Positions 23,050-37,177 of a DNA stretch of 64,000 nt are shown here, one piece after another. Where the stretch lies: contig OX597821.1 in assembly GCA_951406725.2 (NCBI GenBank), positions 44,020,001-44,084,000 of the forward strand. The letters are read 5' to 3'. This DNA comes from Octopus vulgaris (taxonomy: Eukaryota). Below the pieces are notes generated by a model. The model was not told the origin of the DNA. It saw nothing but the letters and a program-made list of their open reading frames with translations, and made no database searches. The first letter of the stretch is position 1; every line of letters starts with the position of its first letter. A program made the translations under genes and the position numbers.

Positions 23050-26000
23050 AGCGGACTCAGGCTTATGCAGCAGGCGACACGGTCCATTATATAGAGTGTG
23101 CAGAGGATTTTGTACAGTATCGGTTATAGAAGAAAACATGAGCACAAGTACTAATGTCAGAAGGAAAATATGTTTGTTTGAAATATTTTTTGTTTTTGGC
23201 AAACCAGACACATATTGTTGCATTCCATGTTCATAATTGGACAGATCATAAATCGTGCTGGAATTGCCAACGATCATGTCTCAAAAGAGTCGATGTTCTG
23301 CCATTTATTAATTCAGCTTGAGTAAAACCAAGAACCTGATGTCTGATGCCAAGTAATATTATTGGCAGATATTCCAACCACATCTCTGTATAGCCATATA
23401 CGATTTAAAAAGTGAGTTTTAAATAAGGGTAAAAACTTTGTATCATCTCAGCGGTGGCTGGGTGATATGCTATCTTACGAATTCTTTTTGTACCAAGCAA
23501 ATGTATAAGCTCGGTAAAATGTGCAGACTCAAGTAGTTGACTTCTGGCAGTAATAATTAAAGGAAGAGTTCCCATTAGCAAGATTCAGTGAAGTATTAAA
23601 GATTTTGCTCCTGTTGTAGCCTAAATGTCCCGAATAGGAATGACTTCGGACCAGCACCAAAAACGATCAAAACACTTTAAAAGATCCGACAATATAGCTG
23701 AGTATGCGTTGAAAGTAAGCAGAATCTGAGAAACCGGTGTTATGAGCCTATGGCTCGGGAAGAACCTTTAATTTTTTTTTTACACACACACAGTCTCCGT
23801 CTACCAAATTCATTCAAAAGGCATTGGTCGGACCGGGGCAATAGTAGAAGACGGTACACAAAACGATATGGCTGCAAAGCTAGCTTCTTAACCACACAGC
23901 CAAGCCTATGTCATTCTCGAATATTTTTCTTCATTCCTAACCAAACAAATCGAACCGAAATGAACGTTTCCGAAGAGGAGACTCCAGGATAAGATAAGTT
24001 ATGAAGAACAGGAAAAACAGAATGTCTGTGTTGCAAAAGAACAGAATGTCTTTCATGGTCGGTAGAGATATCATACCAAATATAAACATCGTAGCAGCAG
24101 GTAGTGGAAAGAGACGAAATTCCAGAGAAGATGATAAATTTTTTAGCTGTTAAAACTCTTCATTCATTTCCTGATCAGACACAGAAAGGAATCAATATAT
24201 AACCGAGATAAGGCGTCTGCTGCACAGTTATCAGCTCCTTTGATATACTAAATATCACCAGTAAACTGTGATTATAAAAATCTAAGTGCCGAATTTCTCT
24301 CGGAGAATGTTTGTCTGGTCTTGATTGTAATGCATGTCAACGGATAATGACCGGTATATATGACAAACTGTCCTTCAAGGAAACAACGAAAGTAAACGGC
24401 CAGTAATTTACAATTGAGAGTACTGTATTTGGTTTCACCTGGCTTCAAACGCTTTAAGAAGGAAAAGGCTACCAGGAGTTATGAATAAACTATTGAAAAA
24501 CTCTTTGAGGTCCACTACAGAAGCGTCCTGTAAACGAGATGAGTGTCACTGGTCTCGAAATAGACTGTAGCGTTGCCATGAAGAATGGCTTGTTGTAAGT
24601 ATATATACCTCCTTTGTTGCTACATTAATACAGATGTTCATGCAATACGAGAAGATTAAATTTTATATGAAACGACGTATATTACAGGTATAGGAGATTT
24701 TCATCAGAAATTCAACATTTAGGCTTATTGTTACACATCAGTGCATATTCTTGTTGACGTGTTGCCGCGGTATGCTTCTTCATTTATCGCGCTGGGTTGA
24801 ATATGCAGCTGTAAGAGCAGCTAGGAGACGAGAGCGAATTCCATCAAGAACCGAATTCACACCGCCCTTTTCGCGTTAAAATGAGTTGCATTTGTAGGCT
24901 CTGTTCACAGAAAGTCCTAGTCATGCTGCCAGACAATCATATGAACAAAATGGACGGGAAATGTGTTTGCACATATGATGAACACGTGATTTCCATGTGG
25001 CCAAACGCGGGGTCGAATCCAACGGTTATAAGTCAACCAAGTAGCTTTACACATTTTATCTTAGTGAGTGTAAACAATTGCAATTGGCGTCAGTGTAATA
25101 GTTTGGAAGATAATTCCTTGGAAGAGCCGTTCATAAAGGAACTATTTTCATTACAGAAGCATCCACTAAAAGAGATAAACACTTGAGTTTGCTCCCAGGA
25201 TGAGGGACAAACTCAAGCTCTACTCCGTGTAGCACACACGCTAGCCACGTCACCTTTTGTAATGGAGATGATCAATTATGGCTAAACGAGTAAATGATGC
25301 CAATTTGAAGCATGTGACTGAATCGGTCTTTAGGCATTTTCTTTTCCGCTATAAGCAAGGCGACGGTGCCGCAATGACATTAGAGGTTTGTTTGTGACAA
25401 TATGACGTGTAATAGTATAGATGGGTTCTTTATTAACAACTAGATGTGTGATATCTGGATATTTACGAAGAGTAGCATGGTAATAATGTTCAGTGGTAGA
25501 AGAAACGAAGAAAATGAGGTTGATAATAACATTTTCTATGTCAATTCCGCAAATCAGTTGATTAATGGTATAATTTTTTTTTCACATCAGTAAGTAGATA
25601 AAAATAATGATGGAAATCGTTTAAAGTTTGGATTAAGAAGATCAGCGATGATTATAAGAGCTATTGAAAGTCTCTATGAAAAATTTATAACCAAAAGCTA
25701 CACTTACCTCCAGAGTTCCTGGAGAAGTGCCAGGTGATGCAGTCGTGGTTAACCCCCGGCTTGGTCATCTTCCTGCTAAGCAAAAAGAAAGAAAGAAGAA
25801 AGAAAAATGAAAGAAAGAAGGAATGAATGAATGAAAGAAAGAATGAATAGGATTTTAAAATATAAGGCTACAAAGACGGGCTTTTATACCAAGTGTGAGA
25901 TGGCACCAATATCATGCATGTGCTCTACGCGAACAAGACGAACGTTTTCTTGCTGGATTCCCAGAACGTGATTTGATTTCTGGAACGGGTTGAAGAACGA

Positions 26001-26650
26001 AGCGTCTCAAAATATTCCAATTTGTGGTGAGGGCGTGAAGTTTCTTTTCTTTCTTTCTTTCTTTCTTTTTCTTTTCTTTTTTTTTTTTTTTTTGTTAGCC
26101 GTCTTACGAAAGAATACAATTTCTGAGGCGACAGACGAAACAAATGAAATATCCTGTATATTGGTATTTGAAGATGATGGAAGGGAAATGTCTGCAATGC
26201 CATCTCCTAATTCTGCCAACTATTCCATTCTACTGTGATCTCGAACTGATGCCAAAATAGTCTGTACATTGGGTGGCAAACGAGATAAGAATAATTGCTT
26301 TATGAACGACTCTTTCAGGGAATTGTTTTCCGATAATTCTTTCAATCTACGTAGCAAGTGTGAAGGCTTGTTATCACTCAATTCTTCACAGTGCCGTAGT
26401 TGATCAATGCATGTCTGCTACGAACTAGATGTTCTCTTTAAAATCTCTACCTTAATTTTTGTGCTGAAGGCAATATCAGTTGGGACTGTTATTAATCTTT
26501 AACTTCACCAGTCAGGAACCTTATTCATAAGCTGCATTGTAAAGAATTTTATTTGAAACAAAATTCCCTTGCAACTGGTCGAAGTGTATCACAAGATCCT
26601 CAGTTCAAGGTGAGGGTGGTTGATAATGATATAAAACGAAGTTTAAATTA
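23050..26650 (-). mobile_element. Degraded Ty3/Gypsy retrotransposon (gag-PR-RT-RH-IN)
   Basis: In order on the minus strand: gag (ELSDNKPSHLLRRLKEL..FIKQLFLSRLPPNVQTILAS; WCHLTLGIKARLC knuckle), protease remnant (EVSV; IIADL), RT start (HMLQIGII..SSPL), RNase H (ETKYST; HSPREIRHLDF..YIKGADNCAADALSR), integrase (DRFWCWSEVIPI; AYHP) and a GPY/F-like PLHTLYNGP. Confidence 0.9.
24729..25250 (+). mobile_element. Second LTR (about 372 bp) plus gag fragment, nested antisense in the Gypsy RT region
   Basis: Termini TGTTACAC (24729) and GTGTAATA (25100), then TTTGG and EDNSLEEPFIKELF, similar to ENNSLKESFIKQLF of the host gag. Confidence 0.55.
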
Positions 26651-27114
26651 GTAGAGGATATTGTCATCACAAATACTCAATAAAACATATCTGCAATATT
26701 TCAGCGTAAAAAAGAAACAAGGGAAAATATGATGATGTAACTAAATATTTTTGTCTCATCAACAAGAACAGAAGAATTCGCTGGAAATAGCAGTTTGAGG
26801 CCATAACCGTTTTTTGTGTAAAACTTCATCGTCGTTATCTGGTTGTCATTTCTGTTCTTTTAAGCATGGCTCGCCAATTTATAGTATTATTCATTGTTCG
26901 CGTTTAGTTCAGGTATCGTTTGGGTGTTGATTAAATCGTATTCTAGTCTGTCGGTGTTACTATTCGCAGCTTTCTTCCAAGGAATCTAATGCGCTTAGCT
27001 TAGTTTTTCCTTGGGGCTGGCCAGATTGGAGCAATCTCAAGATTAATCAGCCGAAATTGCGAGGATGATCCGGTTCTTGACTGAAGATTGAACTGCTAAC
27101 TAGCCAACATGTGC

Positions 27115-27274
27115 TAAGCTTCTTTCAGTTTCCGTCTACCAAATCCACTCACAAGGCTTTGATTGACCCGAGGCTATAACAGAAGACACTTGCCCAAGGT
27201 GCCACGCAGTGGGAGTGAACCTGGGGCCATGTGGTTGGTAAGCAAACTACTTACCACACAGCCACTCCTACGCC
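27115..27274 (-). mobile_element. SINE family A, 5' half
   Basis: Reverse complement of 3508-3665. Confidence 0.88.
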
Positions 27275-27599
27275 ATAACAGTAATGAGTAGAATAAAATT
27301 ATCTAAGGTGCCCTTCCATTTTTAAAACGGTAACATGTGATTTGAAGATTTGTCTATTGTTTCTAGCAACTTGAGCTGGTGGCCAGTTAACTTTAGAGGT
27401 TCTAACTATGTCACGATCACGTTTGCTTTTCTTTCAAGCCGACTCGGTAAAATATATATTAACCAATTCCATCCGACTGTGTTCTACAATATCTCTCACC
27501 ACAGCTCGACATTTCGCCTTATCGAAGAATACCAATAAAATAACAAATTAATAGCTAAGAAATACGCCAATGTTTCAACTGATAGAAAATTGTTTCCCT

Positions 27600-27975
27600 T
27601 TCCTTTACTTCGTGCTATTTTTCATAAACTATTTTAATACTATACTCCGTAAACAATTTTAATGTCATTTTAACTATAACATATAATAACGTGATGTCAT
27701 ATTTTAAAACCATTTTAATGCTATATTTCGTATAACACATAACATTTTAATGTCGTATTTCCTAACTTCTTAACGTCATGTTTCATATAAATTACTAATG
27801 TCATATTTTATATTACATTGAAATTCTGTATATACGATATTTTGATGTCATGTTTCATTTTACATTTTTATGTAATGTTTTTAAATTCTGTTTTGTCATA
27901 TTCTTATATTAGCCATGTTTCATCTGATATTTTTATATCATATATTAAATTATTGTCATATTTCATATAAAATTT
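27600..27975. repeat. Degenerate AT-rich minisatellite (TGTCATATTTCATATAA-like)
   Basis: The motif (A)TGTCATATTT recurs at about 25-30-bp spacing; similar tract at 33195-33410. Confidence 0.55.
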
Positions 27976-27994
27976 TTATTTTTTAAATCTTTTT

Positions 27995-28290
27995 TACTTA
28001 TGTCAGACATTGGACTGCGGCCATGCTGGGGCACAACCCTGAAGTGCTTTAGTTGAACAAATCGATTCTAGTATTTATTTTTTAAAAGTCTTGTATCTGT
28101 TCTGTCGGACTCTATTCTCGAACCAGAGATGTTACAGGGACGTAAACAAACCAGCATCGGTTGTCTAGGAGTGTGGGCGAACAAATACAAATACAAAGAT
28201 ACACACACATATATATAGATATATACATGTGTGTGTGTGTGTGTGTGTTTGGGCGCGCGCCGTGGGAGTGAACCCTAAACCATGTAGCTG
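27995..28290 (-). mobile_element. SINE family A, degraded
   Basis: GACTGCGGCCATGCTGGGGCAC and CCAGCATCGGTTGTC match the reverse complement of the SINE A 3' half. Confidence 0.75.
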
Positions 28291-28689
28291 CATCCTCACG
28301 CCGAGCACATTTTTCAAAATTGGTGCCTTTTCAACAATTTTATTTTAACTCTTCAGTTCACTTGTGCGATAAAATTCGAATCACATTTTTTTTTGTTAAT
28401 CGCATGGTCTTGAAATAACTTTCTGGAGTCGTGACTTTATCTGCTCAACCTCCTGTGTTTTTTAACTGTCTACCCAATCTCCTGCGATGTGTTGGTGACC
28501 GCTGACATCTGAAGAACTAAAACAAACCCCTACATCGTAACCTTTCGGCATTGAACGATCCCGTGCAGTTTCATCTTTTTCGCGTCACACATATCAGTAG
28601 TTGTAAGTTTTCATACATAATGACATTATTACTGAAACATTAAATTAAAAAATGTAGAATGCAATTATGTATATTACAACTAAAGAATG

Positions 28690-29121
28690 GGATCTTTTCG
28701 GTTTGACCGGCAGTTTTTTAAAATAATTTCCACGTAACTAAACACTTTTAAACTTCGTATACTGGTAGAATGTGTTTATAAAACATCTTTTTCTCATGGC
28801 TTTATTAGGAAAATTCTATAGTTTGTAAGATATTTGTTGTTTTTTTCTTCAATTTCTGCAATTTCAACCAATCAATGACGTCTATTGAGGTGAAAACATT
28901 CTGTGCCGTATAAATATGTCCCTCGTTTAAGAAACAGATTGGGTATATTTACATTTCAGAAGAAAAAAAGATACTCTTCCTCCCACATCTAACCCTAACT
29001 AACCCTAACCCTAACCCTAAAACAGATTGAAATACAATAGATCGATACTAGGGTCATAATTATGGGTGACAATTTCATATGACACCGCTAGAAAAAACTG
29101 CCGTTCAAACCGAAAAGATCC
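28690..29121. mobile_element. MITE with GG-initiated about 30-bp TIRs and an 8-bp TSD (Merlin-like), carrying (CCCTAA)n
   Basis: TIRs GGATCTTTTCGGTTTGACCGGCAGTTTTTT / AAAAAACTGCCGTTCAAACCGAAAAGATCC; TSD AAAGAATG at 28682-28689 and 29122-29129; telomeric hexamers at 28989-29020. Confidence 0.9.
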
Positions 29122-29663
29122 AAAGAATGAAATATTAAACGTAATATAAGAGAAATTAGTGAAAAAAATTGTTTGGTATGTGGGCTTTTTTTCTATGTGA
29201 TCATTCCCACTATCTTTTGGACTCGGCTACACTCTGAAACAGCCATATCATATTTCATATTATACTTTTAAGTAATACCAGTGCTTGATCCGTTGTTTTA
29301 TGCCCAGTATAAATGATAATTTGTTTCATTGAAATATTGGTATATATTCAACAAAGTTAAGTAAAGAGTAGTAAATAAGTAGTAAATTTTATACTCGCAT
29401 AATTGGGATGCTCGCGAGATCTTTTGCTGGTCAAATAGACTTTGACCAGCAAAAACCTTTACGTCTGATAGATCCCCAATTTCACCCAGAGCAACCTATA
29501 ACTGACCATGTATGAAGATGTTTGTAGTATTGTGAAGAAAGTAACTTACATAAATTAAATAGAGAAAAATTAATGTTTATTCCTAATCTTCTTTAAGAGA
29601 AATTTAAAGAAGGGAGAATCGTTTCTTTCAAATTTGTAGTGTAGTTACTTCTTTTAAAAGAAG

Positions 29664-30175
29664 ATACATACATACATACATACAAACATACATACATACA
29701 TACATACATACATACATACATACATACATTCAGAAATACATACATACATGCATACATACATACATACATGCATGCATACATACATATATACATACATACA
29801 TACATATATACATACATACAAACATACGAACATACATACATACATACATACATACATGCAAACATACAAACATACATACAAACATACATACAAAGATATA
29901 CATACACACATACAAACACACATACATACATGCATACATACGTACAAACATAATACATATATACAAACAAACATACATACATACATACATACATACATAC
30001 AAACATACGAACATACATACATACATACATACATGCAAACATACAAACATACATACAAACATACATACAAAGATATACATACACACATACATACATGCAT
30101 ACATACGTACAAACATAATACATATATACAAACAAACAAACATACATACATACATACATACATACAAACATACAT
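29664..30175. repeat. (ACAT)n microsatellite with an internal about 175-180-bp duplication
   Basis: The interruption series CGAAC, AAAGATATAC, CGTACAAACATAATAC occurs twice in the same order. Confidence 0.9.
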
Positions 30176-30179
30176 AATC

Positions 30180-32330
30180 TAAATCCTGGAATGAGCAGGG
30201 TTTTCAATTCAAAAGCATCGTGGCTACATACAGATATGAGAGAATACTGTATCAACATCGATAGTAAATCATACACATTTGACCCAGAAACCTTTTTAAT
30301 AGCTGTAGGCAAAGAACACAATGGTAAGGCACGTAGAAGAGAACAAATAGTTGGATTTTGGTACAAGAGGCTGACATTCTACAGAAAACCATTAATATGT
30401 ACATTCAAAAGGACTATGGAAGGTCAGATTGACATATCAAATTGGTTTCTATAGTCGAAGGAATCTTGTGGCATCGAGTTGGCAGAAAAACTGCAGGTTC
30501 ATTGCTTAGTAAAACATTATGTATAAATAGTACACATGCTGCCTCGACCAATTCCTTCAAGATCATTGTGAATTCAACATCATAATAACTGATGAACAGG
30601 CAGGTGGTAACCAAAGCTGTACTACCTGAAAACGCCGTACAAGACTTGCAACAATATAACCTGGTTATAGAAAGGCGTCCGTTTCTATATCCCACTCAGA
30701 GCTGCTGAAGTGTCAACATTTGGTAACAGTACCTTTCACTTAATTTGCTGCTAATAAGAGGCCGACAAAGACATGGATAAATTCTTACACTTACGACTGA
30801 GAGTAAGAACGATGTTATGTTATAAATATTTCAAAAGGAATATTCCAAGGACTTCCTGTAATTCTGTTCATTTTGGCATTAAATCCATTATCATTCCGGC
30901 TACAGAAATCAAATGGCCACATGCTGGGGTCTGCAGCTGCTAGAGATATTAATGTAACCCATAATTTCTTTGTAGATGACCTGAAGTTTTATGCTAAAGA
31001 TGTTAGCAATATCAAAACACTGCTGGAGTTATTAACAGCATATTCAGCTGATATAATTATGGAATCTGGTCAGAAGTAATGTTTATATTTAATTGTTGAC
31101 CAGAGGTTATCAGTCTCTCAGACTCAAACCCCTTCATCAACGGTCTCACTATCTCTCCTGCCGCGCACAAAAAAAAAATGCTAAAAGTACCGAGGTATGG
31201 ATGAAAACATCCATACCTCGGTACTGTGAATGCAAAAGTACTGTGAATGAAGCTGGAGTGATCCGAGATTATTATGCAAGACTTAAAGACAATATCCCAC
31301 AATGCATTTGCAGTACCAGCGCTGATTTCAACATCTAGGATACTTGACTTGTCTGCAGAGGAAATCCTCTCTGTAGACGTTAAACTTGAAAGATACTGAT
31401 GTCAACTGGAAATCTCCACAGAAACAATGGTATTGACAGGCACTTTTTAAGAAGGAACGAAGACTGTTTTTGGAATAAATGTAGAGAATCCCCTGTTATT
31501 GAATATATGTACAAACATCAACACAATGAATATTCGTTGAACCTTCCCATTAAAATATCTGTCAAGTGTAAGCATGACAAGCCGGATATTGTTGTTTGGG
31601 ACGGACAAGAAACAGTATATAACGTCATAGAGAGCAGCTGTCCTGCTGATATGGATATCTCTTCGAAAATCTAAGAGGAAGAGGATAACTATCGACAACT
31701 GCTTTGAAACCTCCAGTTTCTATATCCAGATTATAAATTCATATATATACTAATAGGCGCAGGAGTGGCTGTGTGGTAAGTAGCTTGCCTACAAACCACA
31801 TGGTTCCGGGTTCAGTCCCACTGCGTGGCATCTTGGGCAAGTGTCTTCTGCTATAGCCCCGGGCCGACCAATGCCTTGTGAGTGGATTTGGTAGACGGAA
31901 ACTGAAAGAAGCCTGTCGTATATATATATATATATATATGCGTGTGTGTGTGTTTGTGTTTGTCCCCCTAGCATTGCTTGACAACCGATGCTGGTGTGTT
32001 TATGTCCCCGTTACTTAGCGGTTCGGCAAAAGAGACCGATAGAATAAGTACTAGGCTTACAAAAGAATAAGTGCAGGGGTGGAGTTGCTCGATTAAAGGC
32101 GGTGCTCCAGTATGGCCGCAGTCAAATGACTGAAACAAGTAAAAGAGTAAAAGAGAGTAATTGATGAACTTGGTTTTATGAGTAAAATGCTTAAGTGACA
32201 ATTTGGATAAACTATGGTTTCTAAAAAAAAAGAGAAATAACAACTGGCTAATTCGCACATTATGAACATAATTTGTAAGCGGAACACCAAAAATATGCAA
32301 GGCTTTTCTCAAGATTAGAATATAAATTTC
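30180..32330 (+). mobile_element. Non-LTR retrotransposon relic with restriction-like endonuclease (R4/Dong-like), copy 1
   Basis: IVGFWYKRLT, HNFFVDDLKFYA (RT catalytic motif), KHDKPDIVVWD...IESSCP (RLE PD..E); interrupted by SINE A; homologous to 40005-41955. Confidence 0.85.
31756..32160 (+). mobile_element. SINE family A inserted in the R4-like relic
   Basis: Near-identical to 3508-3914 and 44831-45241. Confidence 0.93.
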
Positions 32331-32771
32331 TTTTAACTATCTACATTCCAATGACGAAACTTTGTATCTTTGTTATTAGAGATCTTCCCCAGAGGAAGAT
32401 TTCTAATAATAAAATGCAGAAGAGAACATACATACACACACATAGGTAGAGAGCGAGAGAAAGACGAGAGTCTATTTGATGATAGATTGGTGGGTACAAA
32501 AATGATGGAACGCTACCGCTAGGTCGCTTCCGTTAACTTCATGAAATCACTTGCTCTTCAGTTGTTCAATAATAATAATAAAATGAATTTTAAAATGACT
32601 GTAAGAAAATATTTATTCAACAACTTTCTGAAACTGAAGCGGACAGTGCCTGAGAAACGTCTAGGATACTTGAGTAATGGGTGACAATCGAGGTAAAAGC
32701 AGTGATTGATTGACTGATTGATTGATTGATGGATAGATAGGTAAGTTGGTAGGTAGATAAATTATATAAAT

Positions 32772-32840
<69 letters not shown>

Positions 32841-33641
32841 GGCATTTCTTATTGTGAAGAAAGTGACTCATTAAAATTTAACAGAGAAAGGCAAATATTT
32901 TTACGTAAGTTTTTTTAAAAATATTTTTTAAATGGAAATTAGAAATATTCTTTCCATTTAACAGTAAACTTACTTCGCTGGTGAATTTTTTTTTATTTTC
33001 TAAAGTGGTTGGTTAAGTCTTTACAACCGCGTTGAGAAATATATATATATATATATATATCTGTATACATTCATACATACATACATACATACACATACCT
33101 AAATACAGGCAGTCAGGCAAACGGACAGAGAAGAGGGAGTTGTGACCCCAAACTGAAAGTAATGTTACAGACAGGTTTCACAAAAGTTGTAATGATTTCG
33201 TATATTATATTTGTCATACTTCATATAGTATATTTGTCATATTTCAAATTGCATTATTAGATAATAATTCATATTGTAGTTTGTCATATTTCGGATTCTA
33301 TTTCTGTCACATTTCACTTACTATTTTTTATGTAATATTTCATATAAAATATTAATACTATATAATATGGCATTTTCTCGTCATATTTCATGCTGCGCGG
33401 TCATATCATATCTCCTATGAGGTGCTGAAGAAATATTTCTAACATTTACCTATCTTGGGTTCAATAATCTTCAAAGTTGGATAGCCAAGTCGATAGAGAA
33501 CCAGATGCTCGGTTGAATGGCCACCGATTCGTATCCTGTTATCATCACTGTATGGGGTTAATGTTGAAGATATTTAAATCTCAAGGGATTACAGTCTTCC
33601 CAGCTGTAAATAGGAGCACACACACACACATACACACACAA

Positions 33642-33732
<91 letters not shown>

Positions 33733-33916
33733 CGCATGTATATATGTATGTGGCTTAGTAATTCAGATGCTCGTTTCACAACGACAGGTTTTCGTATTCT
33801 CGCATTCTGTCCTACTGTGTGGTATCTGGGGCAAGTATCTTCTACAAGAGCTTCTAAAACCAACTTATGTCTAGTGAATTAATTCGGTTGGCAGACGGGC
33901 ACAGTAGGAAGTCCGT

Positions 33917-33965
<49 letters not shown>

Positions 33966-34762
33966 CGTTATGTGTGTGTGTGTCTTCTAAGACTTTGGGC
34001 ATCCTCCATCCGATTGCGGTTAAATTTGATATGTAGATACGGACGGTATCAGGGCGTGTATAAGTCTTGAAAAAAAGTTACAAAAATCGATTCCAGGTGA
34101 GAATACGATCGATAAAACTGTGGGAACGTGCATTTGTATGCGCAAGTAGATCAGCGATCGATACTGTGCGTACGCGAGAAAAATGCACGTGCAGTTGGCG
34201 CAAAAAAAGCCGGCTGGCTTGAAATAATAAAATTAGTTACTTAGTTCCCTAGGTTGTTGCTTTTCATCAAAAATCGCCCCAAGTTGATTTCCTACATGTT
34301 TTATCGGATAAACAGATTATTGTCCCAGGTACGTTCTCATAAATTCATCACGCTTTCCCGTCTAGATTTACCTCCAGCTAACCCATTTGCATGAATCGTT
34401 TTTGTCCTACTTTTCTTCCGTCAACCTGTACATAACTGCACCTTCCATTTTTTGTTGTTTTTGTACTGCTTAAAGGCACGTTTCTTTCCCGGCAAGCTTA
34501 CTTTTTAAGCAATGCTTATGTTCTCCCAGTGAACAGCCTTATCATTACTGGTACTTTAAACTCTTCGGTTGCATATTTGTGTGAATAAAATTGTTTTTCT
34601 TTGGAATAGAAAAAAAAAGTCTATCTTTATTTCTTCTTTTGCTGGTTAAATAAATTTTTCTTAAAGGGGAGGCCAGTGACGGTCGGACAAGTTGTTTTGA
34701 GAAAATTTGGTTTAAATGCTTGACAACTCAGCACCGTCTATTGGACGGGGCGAGTTTTGCTC

Positions 34763-34818
<56 letters not shown>

Positions 34819-35877
34819 TGGGTGGAGTATGCATGTGTTTGCGTGCATGAGAGAGAGAGAGACAAAGATCAAACTCTTAAACGCTATCATTGAAAATAAG
34901 CGGAAAAGGCAACAATTCCAGCGGTAAACGAAACAAAAACACGGTCGTCGTTGTTTTGATGTTAAACCTTGTAATTACTGATTGTGTTACACATTCAATA
35001 CTTCCAACATATGTGCTATTACCATCGTGTCTTACTCAATAATAATTTTACCCTTTTTTCTTCTTTTTTGCATTGCCTTTCTGCCATTTTGAAATGAAAG
35101 AACAACGAACGATTATTGATGGAGGTGTTTCGTATAATTTGTCCAGAGAATATAATTCACCATTCAGTGTTTTTGAGAGAGGATCGATAAGATACCTGCT
35201 TCGATACACATAGTTGACATTCCTTACATGTCATTGAGCTGTGCCTATGATCAATAAAACACTTAACTATTAAACACGTCGTAAATCGTTATCATAGTGG
35301 GGTTAAAGCTTAATGCTGTGACCAGCGGGAACATGGTGAAGCTGATCAAGTAATTTGTGAGGCTACGAGGCCGAGATCAATTTCCCGCATCAGACCCAAA
35401 AATGATTATGGGAGCCTAGCACAGTATATTATACAGTTTGATGGTGATAGAATTTTTTTTTAAATAAAAAAAAAGTGCTGATAAGAGGAAATCGTCATAT
35501 CATGGAAGAGTGTCAGATGGAGATCAAACAAATGAGTGCATGTGGTGTGCGTGAGAGTATAAATGTATTTAAATGTGTATGTGTGTGCATGTATATATGC
35601 GCGTATGTTGGCATGTATGTATGCGCGTATGCTGGCATGTATGCGCGTTTGTTGGCATGTATGTATGTATGTATGTATGTATGTATGTATGTATATATGT
35701 ATGCATGTATGTACGTATGTATGTATATGTGTGAGGCTCCGATGAAGCAATAAGGTGTAACTCAAGCACTCAGCTGAGTCCACTGCATCTTATAGCAGAA
35801 ACAGTTGAAAGCTAATGAAGTTCATAAGATAATCTCTTATTCCTTTGTCATCTCATCTTTATATATATATATACGTG

Positions 35878-35986
<109 letters not shown>

Positions 35987-36004
35987 ATTTATATATATTT
36001 ATAT

Positions 36005-36185
36005 TTGTAGTGAGAATTTACAAAAATGCAAAAAAGACGCAGACGAGTGTGTAAACAACAAACAGATGAATTAGTTTCACGTTCGGAAAGTGAGAAAGTC
36101 TTTTACGTTTTGAGCCGACACTCTTCGACAGAAAGGAACTCAGAAATAAAAGGGTGAGAAAATAGAAAAAGGTTTAGTGGCTACA
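36005..36185 (-). mobile_element. Penelope-like terminal-repeat fragment
   Basis: Reverse-complement similarity to 45840-46027; contains CTTT-CTGTCGAA-GAGTGTCGGCTC-AAAA-CGTA-AAAG, a hammerhead-like layout. Confidence 0.55.
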
Positions 36186-36354
36186 CACATTTATGAATTT
36201 GTGTTGCAAGATTCCTGGCGTGAAGTCATGTATTGAAACAGATATTGTTCTATATCGGGATGGTCATATATATTTGGTGGGTGTGGGGAGAAGCAAATAT
36301 ACACACGCATGTGTTTCTTTGGCAAAGACAAAATGACCATTCCGAAATACGATA

Positions 36355-36416
<62 letters not shown>

Positions 36417-36417
36417 G

Positions 36418-37000
<583 letters not shown>

Positions 37001-37135
37001 TAAAGATTACGTATATATAAATATATATTATTTATATATATTTGTATATATATATATATATATTTATACATATACACATACACATATATATATAAATATA
37101 TATGTATATTTATATACATATATATATATACACAA

Positions 37136-37177
<42 letters not shown>

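Noticed and set aside
25708-25775. Conserved host coding exon
   Set aside because: The sequence is colinear with the Gypsy gag end, pol start and protease; kept only as a possible cryptic exon.
28989-29020. Chromosome end or fusion scar
   Set aside because: Only about 5 hexamers, lying inside a TIR element with an intact TSD.
29593-30366. Longest ORF (257 aa) and the other [12 protein letters not shown] ORFs
   Set aside because: These are translations of (TA)n, (TG)n and (TATG)n microsatellites, which lack stop codons in some frames.
34671-34765. TTAA-flanked DNA transposon end (TTAAAGGGG...)
   Set aside because: No partner terminus found in the window.
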